A stretch of DNA of 64,000 nt from Moorellaceae bacterium. GTDB lineage: Bacteria > Bacillota > DSM-521 > Neomoorellales > Neomoorellaceae. Made by a program: the position numbers and the translations under genes. The notes under the pieces were generated by a model that was given only the letters and a program-made list of their open reading frames with translations, had not been told where the DNA came from and did not search any database. Location: the NCBI GenBank assembly GCA_049701195.1, contig JBNATU010000005.1, forward strand, positions 9,015-73,014, read 5' to 3'. Shown piece after piece: positions 1-10,402 of this stretch; positions within the stretch are counted from its first letter, which is position 1, and every line of letters starts with the position of its first letter.

Positions 1-31
1 AAAAGCGAAAGCCATTTTCGAAGGAGATTCT

Positions 32-64
32 AAAACAAGCCGGGGTATTTCCCCGGCTTGTTTT
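32..64 (-). terminator. Rho-independent terminator hairpin downstream of ppdK (symmetric, could act in both directions)
   Basis: AAAACAAGCCGGGG-tattt-CCCCGGCTTGTTTT forms a perfect 14-bp stem flanked by an A-run and a T-run. It lies about 55 nt past the ppdK stop at 118. Confidence 0.7.
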
Positions 65-117
65 AGAATTATTCCCGACTCGCTGGTACGCTCTCTGGCT
101 CGTGCTTTTATAACGGT

Positions 118-2793
118 TTATTCCGTGCTGTACTTTTCCGCGGTACCCCGCTTTTCCCTGATAGCTGCCTGCGCCGCAGCCAAGCGCGCTACCGGTACCC
201 TGAAGGGTGAACAGCTCACATAGTTGAGACCGATTATATGGCAGAATTCTACGGAGCTGGGGTCACCACCGTGCTCACCGCAGATACCTATTTCCAGGTC
301 GGGTCTGGTCTTGCGGCCCAGCTCTACTGCCAGGCGCATAAATTTGCCTACTCCTTCCCGGTCGAGCACGATGAAGGGATTTTCCTTCAGGATCTTCTCT
401 TCCAGGTATTGGGGCAGGAACTTGGCTTCGGCGTCATCACGGCTGAAGCCGAAAGTGGTCTGGGTCAGGTCATTGGTGCCGAAGGAGAAGAACTCCGCTT
501 CCTGAGCGATCTCGTCAGCCGTAGCGCACGCCCGGGGCATCTCCACCATGGTACCTACTTTGTATTCGAATTCTACACCGGTCTCCTTTTTAACTTGGGC
601 TGCCACTTCATCTACCAGCTGCCGCAGCCGGCGCAACTCGTTTACATGGATGACCAGGGGAATCTCCACCTCGGGAAGAACGTTAATGCCTTCCTTCTTC
701 AACTGAGCCACGGCCTGGAAGATAGCCCTCGCCTGCATGGCGTATACTTCCGGATAAGTGATGCCCAAGCGGCAACCCCGGTGCCCCAGCATGGGGTTGA
801 ACTCTTCGCGTGCCCGGACTTCTCTTAAAAGGGCCCGCTTAGCTTCGAGCTCTCCTTTATCTCCTCCGGTAGCCTCTAGCCTGGTAATCTCTACCAACAA
901 CTCTTCCGAACTAGGCAGGAATTCGTGTAAAGGCGGATCGAGAAGGCGGATGGTTACCGGTAGGCCTTCCATTACTTTCAGGATTTCGTAAAAGTCGCCC
1001 TGCTGCATAGGCAGAAGCTTGGCCAAAGCAGCCTCGCGCTCTTCCTTGGTCTTAGCCAAGATCATCTGCTGTACCACCGGCAGACGATCTACCGCCATAA
1101 ACATGTGTTCCGTACGGGTAAGACCAATTCCTTCGGCGCCGAATTCTCTGGCCCGCCGTGCATCCTCCGGGGTATCCGCGTTGGCCCGTACCTTCAGCCG
1201 CCGCGCCGCATCGGCCCATTGGAGCAAAGTCTGGAATTCGGGAGTAAGCTGCGGTTCTACCAGCGGTACTTCTCCCAGCATGACCTGCCCCGTGGCCCCG
1301 TCAATCGAAATAATCTCTCCTTCCTTTACCTCCAGCTCGCCTACAAAGAATCTCTTGCCGCCTACGTCGATCTTTAGTTCACCGCAGCCCACTACCGCCG
1401 GCTTGCCCATACCACGCGCTACTACGGCTGCGTGGCTGGTCATGCCGCCACGGGCGGTCAGTACTCCCTGGGCCTGGACGATGCCGTGGATGTCGTCGGG
1501 TGTGGTCTCGTTACGCACCAAAATGACTTTTTCCCCGTCCAATCCCAGCTTCTCCGCCTCATCGGCGTCGAACACCACCTTGCCGGAAGCCGCCCCCGGA
1601 GAGGCCGGCAAGCCTTTAGCTATTACCTTAACCTTAGCATTCGGATCTACCCGACGGTGCAGAAGTTGAACCACCTGATCGGGATCTACCCTCAATACTG
1701 CTTCCTCTTGAGTGATCAAGCCCTCGGCCACCATATCTACGGCTATTTTTACGGCCGCCGCCGCCGTGCGCTTACCCACGCGGGTCTGGAGGATATACAG
1801 CTTGCCCCGTTCGATGGTAAACTCGATATCCTGCATATCGCGATAATGTCTCTCGAGTAAGGAACAGATTTCTTCAAACTGCCGGTAGGTGTCCGGCATC
1901 TCCTGCTTCAATTCTGCGATAGGTTTCGGTGTGCGAATGCCGGCTACTACATCCTCTCCCTGGGCGTTGAGAAGGTATTCCCCGTAAATACCCTTTTCTC
2001 CCGTAGAGGGGTTACGGGTGAAAGCTACGCCTGTACCGCTGGTGGGCCCCATATTCCCGAAGACCATGGTTTGGATGTTTACTGCCGTACCCAGGTCATC
2101 GGGAATCTTGTTGATTTTACGGTATACAATGGCACGCGGATTGTTCCAGGAATCGAACACCGCCCTTATAGCCATGCGGAGCTGTTCCTGAGGATCTTGG
2201 GGGAAGTCGCGGCCGGTTTCTTCTTTAATCAATGCTTGGTATTCGGCAATAATTTCCTTCAAGGCCTCCGGGGTCAGTTCGTTATCGAATTTGACCCCCA
2301 GGCGCTCTTTATGCTTCTCCAGGATGGCTTCAAACTTAGCGTGCTCCACATTCAGAACTACGTTCCCGAACATCTGTATGAAGCGACGATAGCAGTCCAG
2401 GGCGAAGCGCTCGTCACCGGTGTTGGCAGCCAGCGCTTTGACGGATACATCATTTAATCCCAGGTTCAAAATGGTATCCATCATTCCCGGCATAGAGACC
2501 GGCGCACCGGAGCGCACGGAAACCAAGAGAGGATCCCGAGGATCGCCCAATTTCTTGCCCATCGTGTTCTCTAAATCCTGGAGCCGGGCTTTAAGCTCCT
2601 CCTCTAACCCCGGCGGGAATTGCCTGCCCAGACGGTTATATTCGTTACAGGCTTCGCAGGTGATGGTGATACCCGGCGGTACCGGCAGGCCGATATTGGT
2701 CATTTCGGCCAGGTTGGCCCCCTTACCGCCTAATAGGTTCTTCATATCGGCTCTACCTTCAGAGAATAGATAGATGTACTTTTTACCTGCCAT
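118..2793 (-). CDS. ppdK: Pyruvate, phosphate dikinase
   Basis: 891-aa ORF. It has an N-terminal ATP-grasp region ([10 protein letters not shown]), the phospho-His swivel motif [13 protein letters not shown] and a C-terminal PEP-utilising barrel ([10 protein letters not shown]). Confidence 0.95.
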   Translation of the reverse strand: MAGKKYIYLFSEGRADMKNLLGGKGANLAEMTNIGLPVPPGITITCEACNEYNRLGRQFPPGLEEELKARLQDLENTMGKKLGDPRDPLLVSVRSGAPVSMPGMMDTILNLGLNDVSVKALAANTGDERFALDCYRRFIQMFGNVVLNVEHAKFEAILEKHKERLGVKFDNELTPEALKEIIAEYQALIKEETGRDFPQDPQEQLRMAIRAVFDSWNNPRAIVYRKINKIPDDLGTAVNIQTMVFGNMGPTSGTGVAFTRNPSTGEKGIYGEYLLNAQGEDVVAGIRTPKPIAELKQEMPDTYRQFEEICSLLERHYRDMQDIEFTIERGKLYILQTRVGKRTAAAAVKIAVDMVAEGLITQEEAVLRVDPDQVVQLLHRRVDPNAKVKVIAKGLPASPGAASGKVVFDADEAEKLGLDGEKVILVRNETTPDDIHGIVQAQGVLTARGGMTSHAAVVARGMGKPAVVGCGELKIDVGGKRFFVGELEVKEGEIISIDGATGQVMLGEVPLVEPQLTPEFQTLLQWADAARRLKVRANADTPEDARRAREFGAEGIGLTRTEHMFMAVDRLPVVQQMILAKTKEEREAALAKLLPMQQGDFYEILKVMEGLPVTIRLLDPPLHEFLPSSEELLVEITRLEATGGDKGELEAKRALLREVRAREEFNPMLGHRGCRLGITYPEVYAMQARAIFQAVAQLKKEGINVLPEVEIPLVIHVNELRRLRQLVDEVAAQVKKETGVEFEYKVGTMVEMPRACATADEIAQEAEFFSFGTNDLTQTTFGFSRDDAEAKFLPQYLEEKILKENPFIVLDREGVGKFMRLAVELGRKTRPDLEIGICGEHGGDPSSVEFCHIIGLNYVSCSPFRVPVARLAAAQAAIREKRGTAEKYSTE

Positions 2794-3595
2794 CTTTTTC
2801 CCCCCGATAATAAATTTGAAGTATTTTAATGGCCGTATCTTCTACAGCCTTATTGGTAACATCGATAACCGGGCAGCCCAAGCGCTGCATAACTTCCTCC
2901 GCGTAGGCCAGCTCTTGCTTAATGCGCTCCATAGTAGCATAATCGGCCCGCGGCGGTAAGCCTATGGTTTTTAGCCTTTCCTGTCTTATTTGGTAGAGGT
3001 GATCCGCATCTATGGTGAGCCCGATTATTTTTCCCCGGGGTAACGAGAGAAGTTCTTCCGGTAGCGGTACTTCGGGTACCAGTGCCAGGTTGGCCGCGCG
3101 CAGCCTCTTATGGGCCAGATACATGCATACCGGCGTCTTGGAGGTGCGGGAGACGCCTATAAGAACTAGATCGGCGTGGAGAAGGCCCCGCGGGTCCTTA
3201 CCGTTGTCGTACTTAACCGCGAAATCAATGGCCTCCATTTTGAGGAAGTAATCTTCATCCAGGCGCCTTATCAGTCCCGGCTCCAAGCGGGGGGCCTTCC
3301 CGGTGACCTGGGCAATGGCTTCCAGTATGGGCCCCAGCAAATCCACTGCCGGCACGCCATAGTGGCCGGCCAACTCCAGCAGCCTCTTTTTCAGCTCGGG
3401 CAGAACGAGGGTAAAGGCTATTAATCCTTTTTCCTGGGCTGCTTCGGCCACTATTTCTTCCAAGTGTTCTAACTCGGTAACATAAGGTATACGGCGGATG
3501 TCCAATTCCGCCCCATCAAACTGGCTAGCTGCCGCCCGGGCAACATATTCCGCAGTCTCCCCCAAAGAATCGGAAACGACATAAATGACCCCGAT
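2783..3595 (-). CDS. Pyruvate, phosphate dikinase regulatory protein (PDRP/DUF299, YqfL-like kinase/pyrophosphorylase)
   Basis: Family N-terminus [20 protein letters not shown] and P-loop-like GVSRTSKTP. The stop overlaps the ppdK start by 11 nt. The ORF-track TTG (3565) cuts into the conserved N-terminus. Behind AAGGAGG, the only in-frame start candidates are ATC (3595) and ATT (3586). Confidence 0.85.
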   Translation of the reverse strand: MGVIYVVSDSLGETAEYVARAAASQFDGAELDIRRIPYVTELEHLEEIVAEAAQEKGLIAFTLVLPELKKRLLELAGHYGVPAVDLLGPILEAIAQVTGKAPRLEPGLIRRLDEDYFLKMEAIDFAVKYDNGKDPRGLLHADLVLIGVSRTSKTPVCMYLAHKRLRAANLALVPEVPLPEELLSLPRGKIIGLTIDADHLYQIRQERLKTIGLPPRADYATMERIKQELAYAEEVMQRLGCPVIDVTNKAVEDTAIKILQIYYRGEKDGR

Positions 3596-3611
3596 GGCAG
3601 AGCCCTCCTTT

Positions 3612-4250
3612 CTACCTGCCGGCCGTTCCCAATTCCACCAGTAGCCTGGTTATGGTGGTCTTGGTGATGCGGCCGACGACTTCCAATTTGTTAGGGGCAT
3701 CCCCAACTGGGCGCACTACCGGCAGCGCATCTACTTCATGCTCGATAATTTTTCTGGCTGCCGCCAAAACGCTCTCCTCCGGAGTAGTACAGATGATGTT
3801 GGGCATGCGCGTCATTACTACGGAAACGGGCATCTGCTGCAAGTTTATATTACCACCAATAGCCGCTTTTAGAAGGTCTTTGCGCGACACTACGCCCTCT
3901 AAATGCCCTTCGGCGTTCACTACCATTAAGGTGCCAACATCCTCGATAAATAATGCGACTATAGCATCATATACCGAAGCCTCGCGGCGAATAACCTTGG
4001 GCAGCCCTTTAACATCACCTACTTTAATCTTTTTTATTTCTTCGGCCACCAATGCCTGTACCGATCTGCCCTGATAAAAATAACCTACCCGCGGACGCGC
4101 TTCCAATATACCTGACATGGTGAGAATGGCCAGATCCGGGCGCAGAGCGGCCCGGGTCAAATTCAACATAGAAGCAATCTGTTGGCTAGTGATAGGACCG
4201 TGGCGCTTGACTATCTCTACGATTTTCTCTTGCCGCGGCGAAAGCTGCAC
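3612..4250 (-). CDS. ccpN: CcpN-like transcriptional repressor (HTH plus tandem CBS domains)
   Basis: 212 aa with an N-terminal HTH ([21 protein letters not shown]) and two CBS domains. It sits immediately upstream of the PDRP gene, as in the B. subtilis ccpN-yqfL operon. Confidence 0.7.
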   Translation of the reverse strand: MQLSPRQEKIVEIVKRHGPITSQQIASMLNLTRAALRPDLAILTMSGILEARPRVGYFYQGRSVQALVAEEIKKIKVGDVKGLPKVIRREASVYDAIVALFIEDVGTLMVVNAEGHLEGVVSRKDLLKAAIGGNINLQQMPVSVVMTRMPNIICTTPEESVLAAARKIIEHEVDALPVVRPVGDAPNKLEVVGRITKTTITRLLVELGTAGR

Positions 4251-4282
4251 GGCTTCACCACCCTTAACCAGCCACCAGCCGC

Positions 4283-4318
4283 GTTGTACACACTGTATAC
4301 ATAGTTACGTATACAACA
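4283..4318 (-). promoter_or_regulatory. Inverted-repeat candidate operator in the ccpN upstream region
   Basis: The forward strand reads GTTGTACACACTGTATAC-atagttac-GTATACAAC (TGTATAC/GTATACA arms). It lies 33-68 nt upstream of the ccpN start. Confidence 0.3.
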
Positions 4319-4355
4319 CAGCTCGGCATTTTCCTGCTTACCCGCAAAAATTTCA

Positions 4356-6452
4356 CTATGCAGGAATTAAGCGGGAAAAATCGGCCACCTTTAACACCAA
4401 ATCGGTTATTTCCTGTAAGAGAGCCAACCGATTGCGCCGCACTTCCGGCTCAGGAGCCATCACTAAAACCCGATCAAAGAAAGTATCGATAGGCTCTCGT
4501 AAGGCTACCATTTGGTTCAGGGCTCTTAAATAATCCCCTCTGCTCAAGCAAGGGCGTGTCGCCTCCTTCACGGTAGTCAGAGCCCGGTATAATTCTTGTT
4601 CTGCCTCCTCTTTAAGCTGCCCGGGTTCGACAAAAACCGCGCCTCCTTCTTTAGCCTGTCGGGCCAGATTAAAGGCCCTGGTAAAGGCGGTATGCAAGGC
4701 GGCAAACTCGCCCTGTCGGCGGAACGCCTCCAAATCCCGGGCTCGCTGATAGGCATCAGCCAAATCGTCCCAACCCACGGCCAGCACGGCATCCGCTACA
4801 TCATACCGTATCCCCTTTTCGCCCAAAAGATGCTCCAGCCGGGCCCGGAAAAAGCCCAGGAGATCCTCCTTCACTTGCGTCAAGGTTCTGGGCAGCCTTA
4901 TATGGCTGTCTTCATAGATCTGGTAGGCGGTGGTGATGGCTTCCTCCAGGGAAAATTTCAGGTTAAGCTCTACGGCCATAGCCACTACTCCTTGAGCATG
5001 CCGGCGAAGGCCAAAAGGATCTTGGGAGCCGGTGGGAATGAGCCCGCTGGCAAAGCATCCCACCAAGGTATCCGTGCGGTCGGCTAAACCCACCGCCATC
5101 CCGGTCAAAGAGTCGGGTAAGCGATCGCCCCCAAAGCGCGGCCAGTAATGCTGCCTGATACCGCGGCACACCTCTTCTTGTTCGCCATCCAGCGCAGCAT
5201 AATGCGCCCCCATAATCCCCTGGAGTTCGGGAAACTCATATACCATGCTGGTAACCAGATCGGCCTTGGCCAGCTCAGCCGTCCTTTCCACCAACGGCCA
5301 GAGTTTCTCCGGCAAATCCAGGGTCCGGGCGAAGTAAAGGGATAGTTTTTTTAAGCGTATCACTTTGGCCATCATGGTACCCAAGTTTTCCTGGAAAAGA
5401 ATGTGCTCCAGCTTGGGAACTTTACTGGCCAGGGGGGCCTTGCGATCCTCTTGATAAAAGAAGGTCGCATCTGCCAGACGAGCCTTGAGTACCTTCTCAT
5501 ATCCCCGGCGTATATTATCCAGGTGATCTTCCGTCCCATTGTGTACCGCTATAAAGAGAGGCAACAACCTTTCTCCCTGAGGGGCCCAAACGGGAAAGTA
5601 ACGCTGGTGTTCGCGCATGGGCGTAGTAACTACTTCACGGGGGAGTTGTAAATATTTTTCTTCTATGCGACCGCAAACGGCCGCGGGATACTCTACCAGA
5701 AAGGTTATTTCTTCCAATAGTTCAGGGTCCTCCTGTACTATACCGCCCTCTTCCCGGGCCAGGTTGACTACTTTTTCCCAGACCATCTGCCGCCGCCGGC
5801 GATGATCGGCAATTACGTAGTTCTGCTCCAGTACGCGGAAATAATCCCGGGGAAGATCTACCCGATGAGGTCCAGGAGCCAGAAAGCGATGCCCGTAGGT
5901 AAAGCGATCCGCCTTCAGCCCGGCTAGCTCTAGAGGTACTACCTCCGGACCAAAGAGGGCCAATAACCAGCGGATAGGGCGGATAAAACGGATTTCCAAA
6001 TCGCCCCAGCGCATAGGACGAGGGAAGGTCAGTTCTTCTACTACTCGTTTTAAAATAGCCGGCAGGGCGCTCAGCGTTGGACGGCCCGCTTCCCGCTTAA
6101 CGGCAAAGACATAAGCGCCTGCCGGGAGCTGGCGTACCTCCAGCTCGTCCACCTTTACCCCCTGATTTTCGGCGAAACCCAGAGCAGCCCGGGTAGGCTT
6201 ACCCTCGGCATCAAAAGCCGCCTTGGCCGGGGGACCTTTGATTTCTCGGACTAGTTCCTGCTGTACTTCGGCCAGCCCGGTTATATAAAGGGCCAGACGG
6301 CGGGGCGTGGCAAAGGCGGTCAGGCTGTGGTAAGAGAGACGCTCTTCGTGCAATAGTCTGGCGGTCAACTCTTCCATCTGTTCCAGAGTGGAAGGTAGTA
6401 TGCGGGCCGGCATTTCTTCTGTCCCTATTTCGAAGAGAAGATCGCGTACCAA
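4356..6452 (-). CDS. glyS: Glycine--tRNA ligase beta subunit
   Basis: 698-aa ORF with a typical GlyS N-terminus (LLFEIGTEEMPA), directly downstream of glyQ. Confidence 0.95.
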   Translation of the reverse strand: MVRDLLFEIGTEEMPARILPSTLEQMEELTARLLHEERLSYHSLTAFATPRRLALYITGLAEVQQELVREIKGPPAKAAFDAEGKPTRAALGFAENQGVKVDELEVRQLPAGAYVFAVKREAGRPTLSALPAILKRVVEELTFPRPMRWGDLEIRFIRPIRWLLALFGPEVVPLELAGLKADRFTYGHRFLAPGPHRVDLPRDYFRVLEQNYVIADHRRRRQMVWEKVVNLAREEGGIVQEDPELLEEITFLVEYPAAVCGRIEEKYLQLPREVVTTPMREHQRYFPVWAPQGERLLPLFIAVHNGTEDHLDNIRRGYEKVLKARLADATFFYQEDRKAPLASKVPKLEHILFQENLGTMMAKVIRLKKLSLYFARTLDLPEKLWPLVERTAELAKADLVTSMVYEFPELQGIMGAHYAALDGEQEEVCRGIRQHYWPRFGGDRLPDSLTGMAVGLADRTDTLVGCFASGLIPTGSQDPFGLRRHAQGVVAMAVELNLKFSLEEAITTAYQIYEDSHIRLPRTLTQVKEDLLGFFRARLEHLLGEKGIRYDVADAVLAVGWDDLADAYQRARDLEAFRRQGEFAALHTAFTRAFNLARQAKEGGAVFVEPGQLKEEAEQELYRALTTVKEATRPCLSRGDYLRALNQMVALREPIDTFFDRVLVMAPEPEVRRNRLALLQEITDLVLKVADFSRLIPA

Positions 6453-6455
6453 AAC

Positions 6456-7412
6456 TCACCCCTCCTTGATATCCAAGCTGTCTTTGGTGTCTTTCCCACA
6501 AAAAGGCTTGTCTGCCACCAGCAGGTCGCTCCCCTTTACGGAAGCAGTCTTCAGGAGGGGATAACCCAACTTCTCTCGTTGTTCCAGGTAAGCCACCGCA
6601 CATAAGCGGGCCAGGTGACGCACTCTGGCTATGTAAGCTGTCCTTTCCGTAACGCTGATGGCCCCCCGGGCGTCTAACAAGTTAAAGGTGTGAGAGCATT
6701 TTAAGACGTAATCGTAAGCCGGTTGGACTAGTTTCTGTTCTATAACGCGTTTAGCTTCAGCTTCATAGATGTTAAAAAGGGAAAAGAGCATATCGGTGTC
6801 CGCGGCATTAAAATTATAGTGAGAATAATCCACTTCGGTTTGGTGGTGAATGTCCCCATAGGTTATGCCGTCCGCCCACTCAATGTCAAAAACGCTATCC
6901 ACTTCTTGGATATACATGGCCAGCCGCTCCAGGCCGTAGGTGATTTCCGCGCTAACCGGCTTGAGGTCGAAGCCGCCGCATTGCTGGAAATAGGTGAACT
7001 GGGTGATCTCCATTCCGTCCAGCCATACTTCCCATCCCAAACCCCAAGCCCCCAGCGTGGGCGATTCCCAGTTGTCTTCTACGAAGCGGATGTCGTGTTC
7101 TAAAGGGTTAATACCTATCGCCTGCAAACTTCTAAGATAAACTTCCTGCACGTCCGGCGGAGAGGGTTTCAAAATAACTTGGAACTGGTAATAATGCTGC
7201 AACCGGTTCGGATTTTCGCCGTAACGGCCATCCGTAGGACGCCGGGAAGGCTCTACATAGGCTACCCGCCAAGGTTCCGGGCCTAAAACCCGCAGGAAGG
7301 TCGCCGGGTGCATAGTACCTGCACCTTTTTCCAGATCATAGGGCTGCTGAATTACACAATTTTGCTCGGCCCAAAAATTTTGCAAAGCCAGGATAAGCTG
7401 TTGAAAATTCAC
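6456..7412 (-). CDS. glyQ: Glycine--tRNA ligase alpha subunit
   Basis: 318 aa with a highly conserved GlyQ core ([17 protein letters not shown]...[10 protein letters not shown]). GTG start behind GGGAG. It has a C-terminal extension of about 25 aa. Confidence 0.95.
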   Translation of the reverse strand: MNFQQLILALQNFWAEQNCVIQQPYDLEKGAGTMHPATFLRVLGPEPWRVAYVEPSRRPTDGRYGENPNRLQHYYQFQVILKPSPPDVQEVYLRSLQAIGINPLEHDIRFVEDNWESPTLGAWGLGWEVWLDGMEITQFTYFQQCGGFDLKPVSAEITYGLERLAMYIQEVDSVFDIEWADGITYGDIHHQTEVDYSHYNFNAADTDMLFSLFNIYEAEAKRVIEQKLVQPAYDYVLKCSHTFNLLDARGAISVTERTAYIARVRHLARLCAVAYLEQREKLGYPLLKTASVKGSDLLVADKPFCGKDTKDSLDIKEG

Positions 7413-7476
7413 GGTAAAAGCACTCCCATTCGGTTTTGGTTAAGGCTAATTCGGGGGAGAGGTGGCCTTTTCCCAC

Positions 7477-7505
7477 ATAAAAAACCCGCCCCACCCCGGG
7501 ACGGG
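7477..7505 (-). terminator. Rho-independent terminator between the DUF4342 gene and glyQ
   Basis: The minus strand reads CCCGTCCC-ggggt-GGGGCGGG followed by TTTTTTAT. Confidence 0.7.
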
Positions 7506-7550
7506 AGCTTCTCCTCCTCTTAAATAATTTAACAGAGTAAGCGTACGATG

Positions 7551-8000
7551 TCAACTTCCGGTATTTCCGGCCTCTTTATCCGGCAGATTCAAGGTATGCT
7601 CTTCCACCTGTCCGCCGGGACGTTCGAGCTCCAGCGTATAGCGATTAAACAGGGCGGCCACCGTGCTGATTCCCGCCAGAATGGCCAGCTCGGTGCTGGC
7701 CAATACTCCCATAACGCCCAGGGCACCGGCAGTAGCGGGGATTTCAGCTACGGTTTTACCGTCTTTTTTGATCTTTATCTTGGTAGCATTTCCCTTTTGC
7801 AGGATCTCTTTAATACGCGCTAAAAACTTTCCTCCCCAGGATTCCAGCTGTTCTATGACCTCCTCTTTCTTGCCCTCCTCAAACCTGATCAAGGCTTCTA
7901 CCACGTCGCCGCCGGCTTCGTCCAGGGCCTTTTTGGCCTCCCGGTAAGTGAGCCCTAAACGTTTACGCAAGATGTCAATTTTCTCTAGTTCCGTACTCAT
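7551..8000 (-). CDS. DUF4342-like protein with N-terminal UBA/EF-Ts-N-like domain
   Basis: The N-terminus (LEKIDILRKRLGLTYREAKKALDEAGGDVVEALI) is UBA-like. I prefer ATG 8000 (GAGGGGGA RBS, 5-nt spacer) over ATG 8006. Confidence 0.65.
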   Translation of the reverse strand: MSTELEKIDILRKRLGLTYREAKKALDEAGGDVVEALIRFEEGKKEEVIEQLESWGGKFLARIKEILQKGNATKIKIKKDGKTVAEIPATAGALGVMGVLASTELAILAGISTVAALFNRYTLELERPGGQVEEHTLNLPDKEAGNTGS

Positions 8001-8754
8001 AGGCATCCCCCTCGATTTTTTCTATTAAAGCGCGGGATTTTAACTTCCTGTCTAAATAGTATTCCAAATAAGCAGGCATAACTTCCGCCAGTTCGCTTTT
8101 ACACCGGGGCGAGAGTTTTAGCCGCCGGAGGTAGTATATGCTTGTCTCCATTAATCGCCGCCAGACGGCCAGAGTCTCCTTAGATAAAAGGTGTTCTGGC
8201 CCATGCTTTCCCCGGCAGTTCCGGCATAGAGCGCCGCCGGCTCCAGGAGCTACGGTTATAGCTCTTTCACCTTCCAAGGGGCTTTCGCAGGCCGCGCAAA
8301 CGCTCAGCCGGGGAGCAACCCCCAAGAGATGGATCATACGAGCTTCAAAGGCCCGGGCTACCAGAAAAGGTTCCTCCCGGGTTAGGAGGTGCAGGCTCTT
8401 TTGCAATAGCCAAAACATACCGGCATTGGCCTGCCCTGGGAGGGTGGCCGCTTCCGCTATTTCGGCCAGGTAACAGGCGTTAAGCAGCCTGGTAAGATCT
8501 TCCCTCAAAGGGCCGAAGAAATCCTCTACCTGGCACTGGGTAACCGTGGCCATACTCTTCCCTTCGTAAAGCAAGAAACGGGCCAGACACAAGCGTTGCG
8601 TACCGCTTCTTAAGCTACTTTTGGCCTTACGCACCCCCTTGGCGATGGCCGTGATTTTTCCGCGGTTAGGGGTTAAAATATGCAGAATCCGATCTGTCTC
8701 CTGAAAATCCCGGGTGGAAAGAACTATTCCTCTGACTTGATAAAGGCCAGACAT
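7975..8754 (-). CDS. recO: DNA repair protein RecO
   Basis: 259 aa with an OB-fold N-terminus (GIVLSTRDFQETDRIL) and a Cys4 zinc motif (CAACESP...CRNC). era-yqzL-recO synteny. Confidence 0.9.
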   Translation of the reverse strand: MSGLYQVRGIVLSTRDFQETDRILHILTPNRGKITAIAKGVRKAKSSLRSGTQRLCLARFLLYEGKSMATVTQCQVEDFFGPLREDLTRLLNACYLAEIAEAATLPGQANAGMFWLLQKSLHLLTREEPFLVARAFEARMIHLLGVAPRLSVCAACESPLEGERAITVAPGAGGALCRNCRGKHGPEHLLSKETLAVWRRLMETSIYYLRRLKLSPRCKSELAEVMPAYLEYYLDRKLKSRALIEKIEGDAYEYGTREN

Positions 8755-8845
8755 TTTGTTTACCTGCCTAGTGTCAATTTATTATCCCGAAAATAATTTT
8801 TAGCCATTTTCTCCTCTAAAGGTGCCGTGCTGGTGGCATAAGGGT

Positions 8846-9007
8846 CTACCCTATTATAGAGTTCTTCGGCTCCTCCCTTGATATCTCTGCTCCGTTCTGG
8901 TGCCAACCTATTTTAAATTCGTATTCTTGATGTCGTTTGTAGAGCAAATAAATGCCTATATGCCCTGTAGCTGCAAAAATCTCCCAAAAAATTTCGCTAG
9001 GTCTCAC
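8846..9007 (-). CDS. YqzL-like small protein (53 aa, below the ORF-track threshold)
   Basis: GTG start 6 nt after AGGAGGGG. Translation: MRPSEIFWEIFAATGHIGIYLLYKRHQEYEFKIGWHQNGAEISREEPKNSIIG. The FW.IF..TG.I..YLLYK pattern and the position between era and recO match B. subtilis yqzL. Confidence 0.55.
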   Translation of the reverse strand: MRPSEIFWEIFAATGHIGIYLLYKRHQEYEFKIGWHQNGAEISREEPKNSIIG

Positions 9008-9100
9008 AGGTTTCCCCTCCTAAAAAGGGACGTCCTTTAACCTATAGGCTTGCCCAAAACCAGCGGCCTATACTGGTCTCCTTTTGCCAACTTTCCGGCC

Positions 9101-9997
9101 TTAACGATACCCTAGTTGCTTCAGAGCCGATTCCTGCCGACGCCAGTCTTTTTTTACCTTGACCCTCAAGTCCAGATAGATTGGATTCCCCCAAAGCCCT
9201 TCTATTTCCTGGCGAGCTAGCGTGCCTATTTCTTTTAGCTTTCCCCCCCCTTTACCGATGAGAATGCCTTTTTGCGAATCTCTTTCTACGTATATAGTGG
9301 CTGCAATATAGAGACGACCTCCGCCACGCGGAGTTATTTCTTCGACCACCACGGCTACCGAATGGGGCACCTCTTCTTCGGTTAACAGTAAAATCTTTTC
9401 CCGCACGAGTTCGGCAATAATCAAGTTTTCCGGCTGATCCGTCACCTGCTCGGGCGGATAGTACAGGGGGCCAAAGGGGAGGTATTGTATTATCAAAGGC
9501 GGTAACTCACTCACATTAGTTCCTTTTAAAGCCGAAACGGCCAGTACCGCTGCCGGTGCAAACCGGGCGCGAAAAAACTCCTCCACTCGCACCAGTTGGG
9601 CTGGTGCAGTCAGATCCATTTTGTTCAATACTAGAATAACCGGTGTGCTTATTCCTTTAAGAGTATCCAGGATATATTCCTCTCCCCCACCGGGCTCTAC
9701 CGAAGCATCCACTACATAAACGATAACCTCTACTTCACGTAAAGTCTGTTGCGCCACTTTAACCATATACTCACCCAAAAGATGCTTGGGCTTATGTATG
9801 CCCGGGGTATCGAGAAAAATAATCTGAGCTCGGTCATCGGTATAAACTCCCAGAATCTTATGGCGTGTAGTCTGGGGTTTATCGGACATAATGGCTACTT
9901 TGCGCCCTACCAAAGCATTAAGCAAAGTGGATTTTCCGGCATTAGGCCGGCCAATAATCCCTACGAATCCTGAACGGTAGGCTTCTTTCTTCTCCAT
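9101..9997 (-). CDS. era: GTPase Era
   Basis: G1 motif GRPNAGKST, G3 motif DTPG, NKMD, and a C-terminal KH domain. Confidence 0.95.
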   Translation of the reverse strand: MEKKEAYRSGFVGIIGRPNAGKSTLLNALVGRKVAIMSDKPQTTRHKILGVYTDDRAQIIFLDTPGIHKPKHLLGEYMVKVAQQTLREVEVIVYVVDASVEPGGGEEYILDTLKGISTPVILVLNKMDLTAPAQLVRVEEFFRARFAPAAVLAVSALKGTNVSELPPLIIQYLPFGPLYYPPEQVTDQPENLIIAELVREKILLLTEEEVPHSVAVVVEEITPRGGGRLYIAATIYVERDSQKGILIGKGGGKLKEIGTLARQEIEGLWGNPIYLDLRVKVKKDWRRQESALKQLGYR

Positions 9998-10003
9998 AAC
10001 CGC

Positions 10004-10402
10004 CTACTCCTTAAAATTAAAGGCGTCGGGTAAAAGTTCGCTCAGCCGTCTTAAGACGAGGCTCTGCCCGGGTTGGCCGGTTATTATCTCTAAATCCGGA
10101 GCGAATTCCACCAAGACCTGTCGGCAAGCGCCACAAGGAAAGCATGCGGGCAGTTCGCCTCCCACTACCGCCAGGGCTACAAAACTCCGCTCTCCTTCCG
10201 AAAGAGCTTTCCAGAGGGCCACCCTTTCCGCGCAGACGGTCAGCCCATAAGAAATATTTTCAATGTTACATCCCTGATAAATCCTGCCGCGGCTAGTAAG
10301 CAGAGCTGCTCCTACTCGAAAGCCCGAGTAAGGAGCATAGGCGCTCTTCTGGGCGTCCGCCGCAGCTCGGAGCAGCTCTTCCCGATCATAGGTTTTCATC
10401 AT
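10004..10402 (-). CDS. cdd: Cytidine deaminase
   Basis: 132 aa with zinc motifs CAER and PCGACRQ. cdd-era synteny. Confidence 0.9.
   Translation of the reverse strand: MMKTYDREELLRAAADAQKSAYAPYSGFRVGAALLTSRGRIYQGCNIENISYGLTVCAERVALWKALSEGERSFVALAVVGGELPACFPCGACRQVLVEFAPDLEIITGQPGQSLVLRRLSELLPDAFNFKE

Noticed and set aside
7413-7550. A T-box leader upstream of glyQS, as in Bacillus.
   Set aside because: The spacer is only ~140 nt. It contains one simple terminator hairpin right after the upstream gene and no AGAGA/GNUGGUA-type T-box sequence or specifier-stem architecture that I could find.
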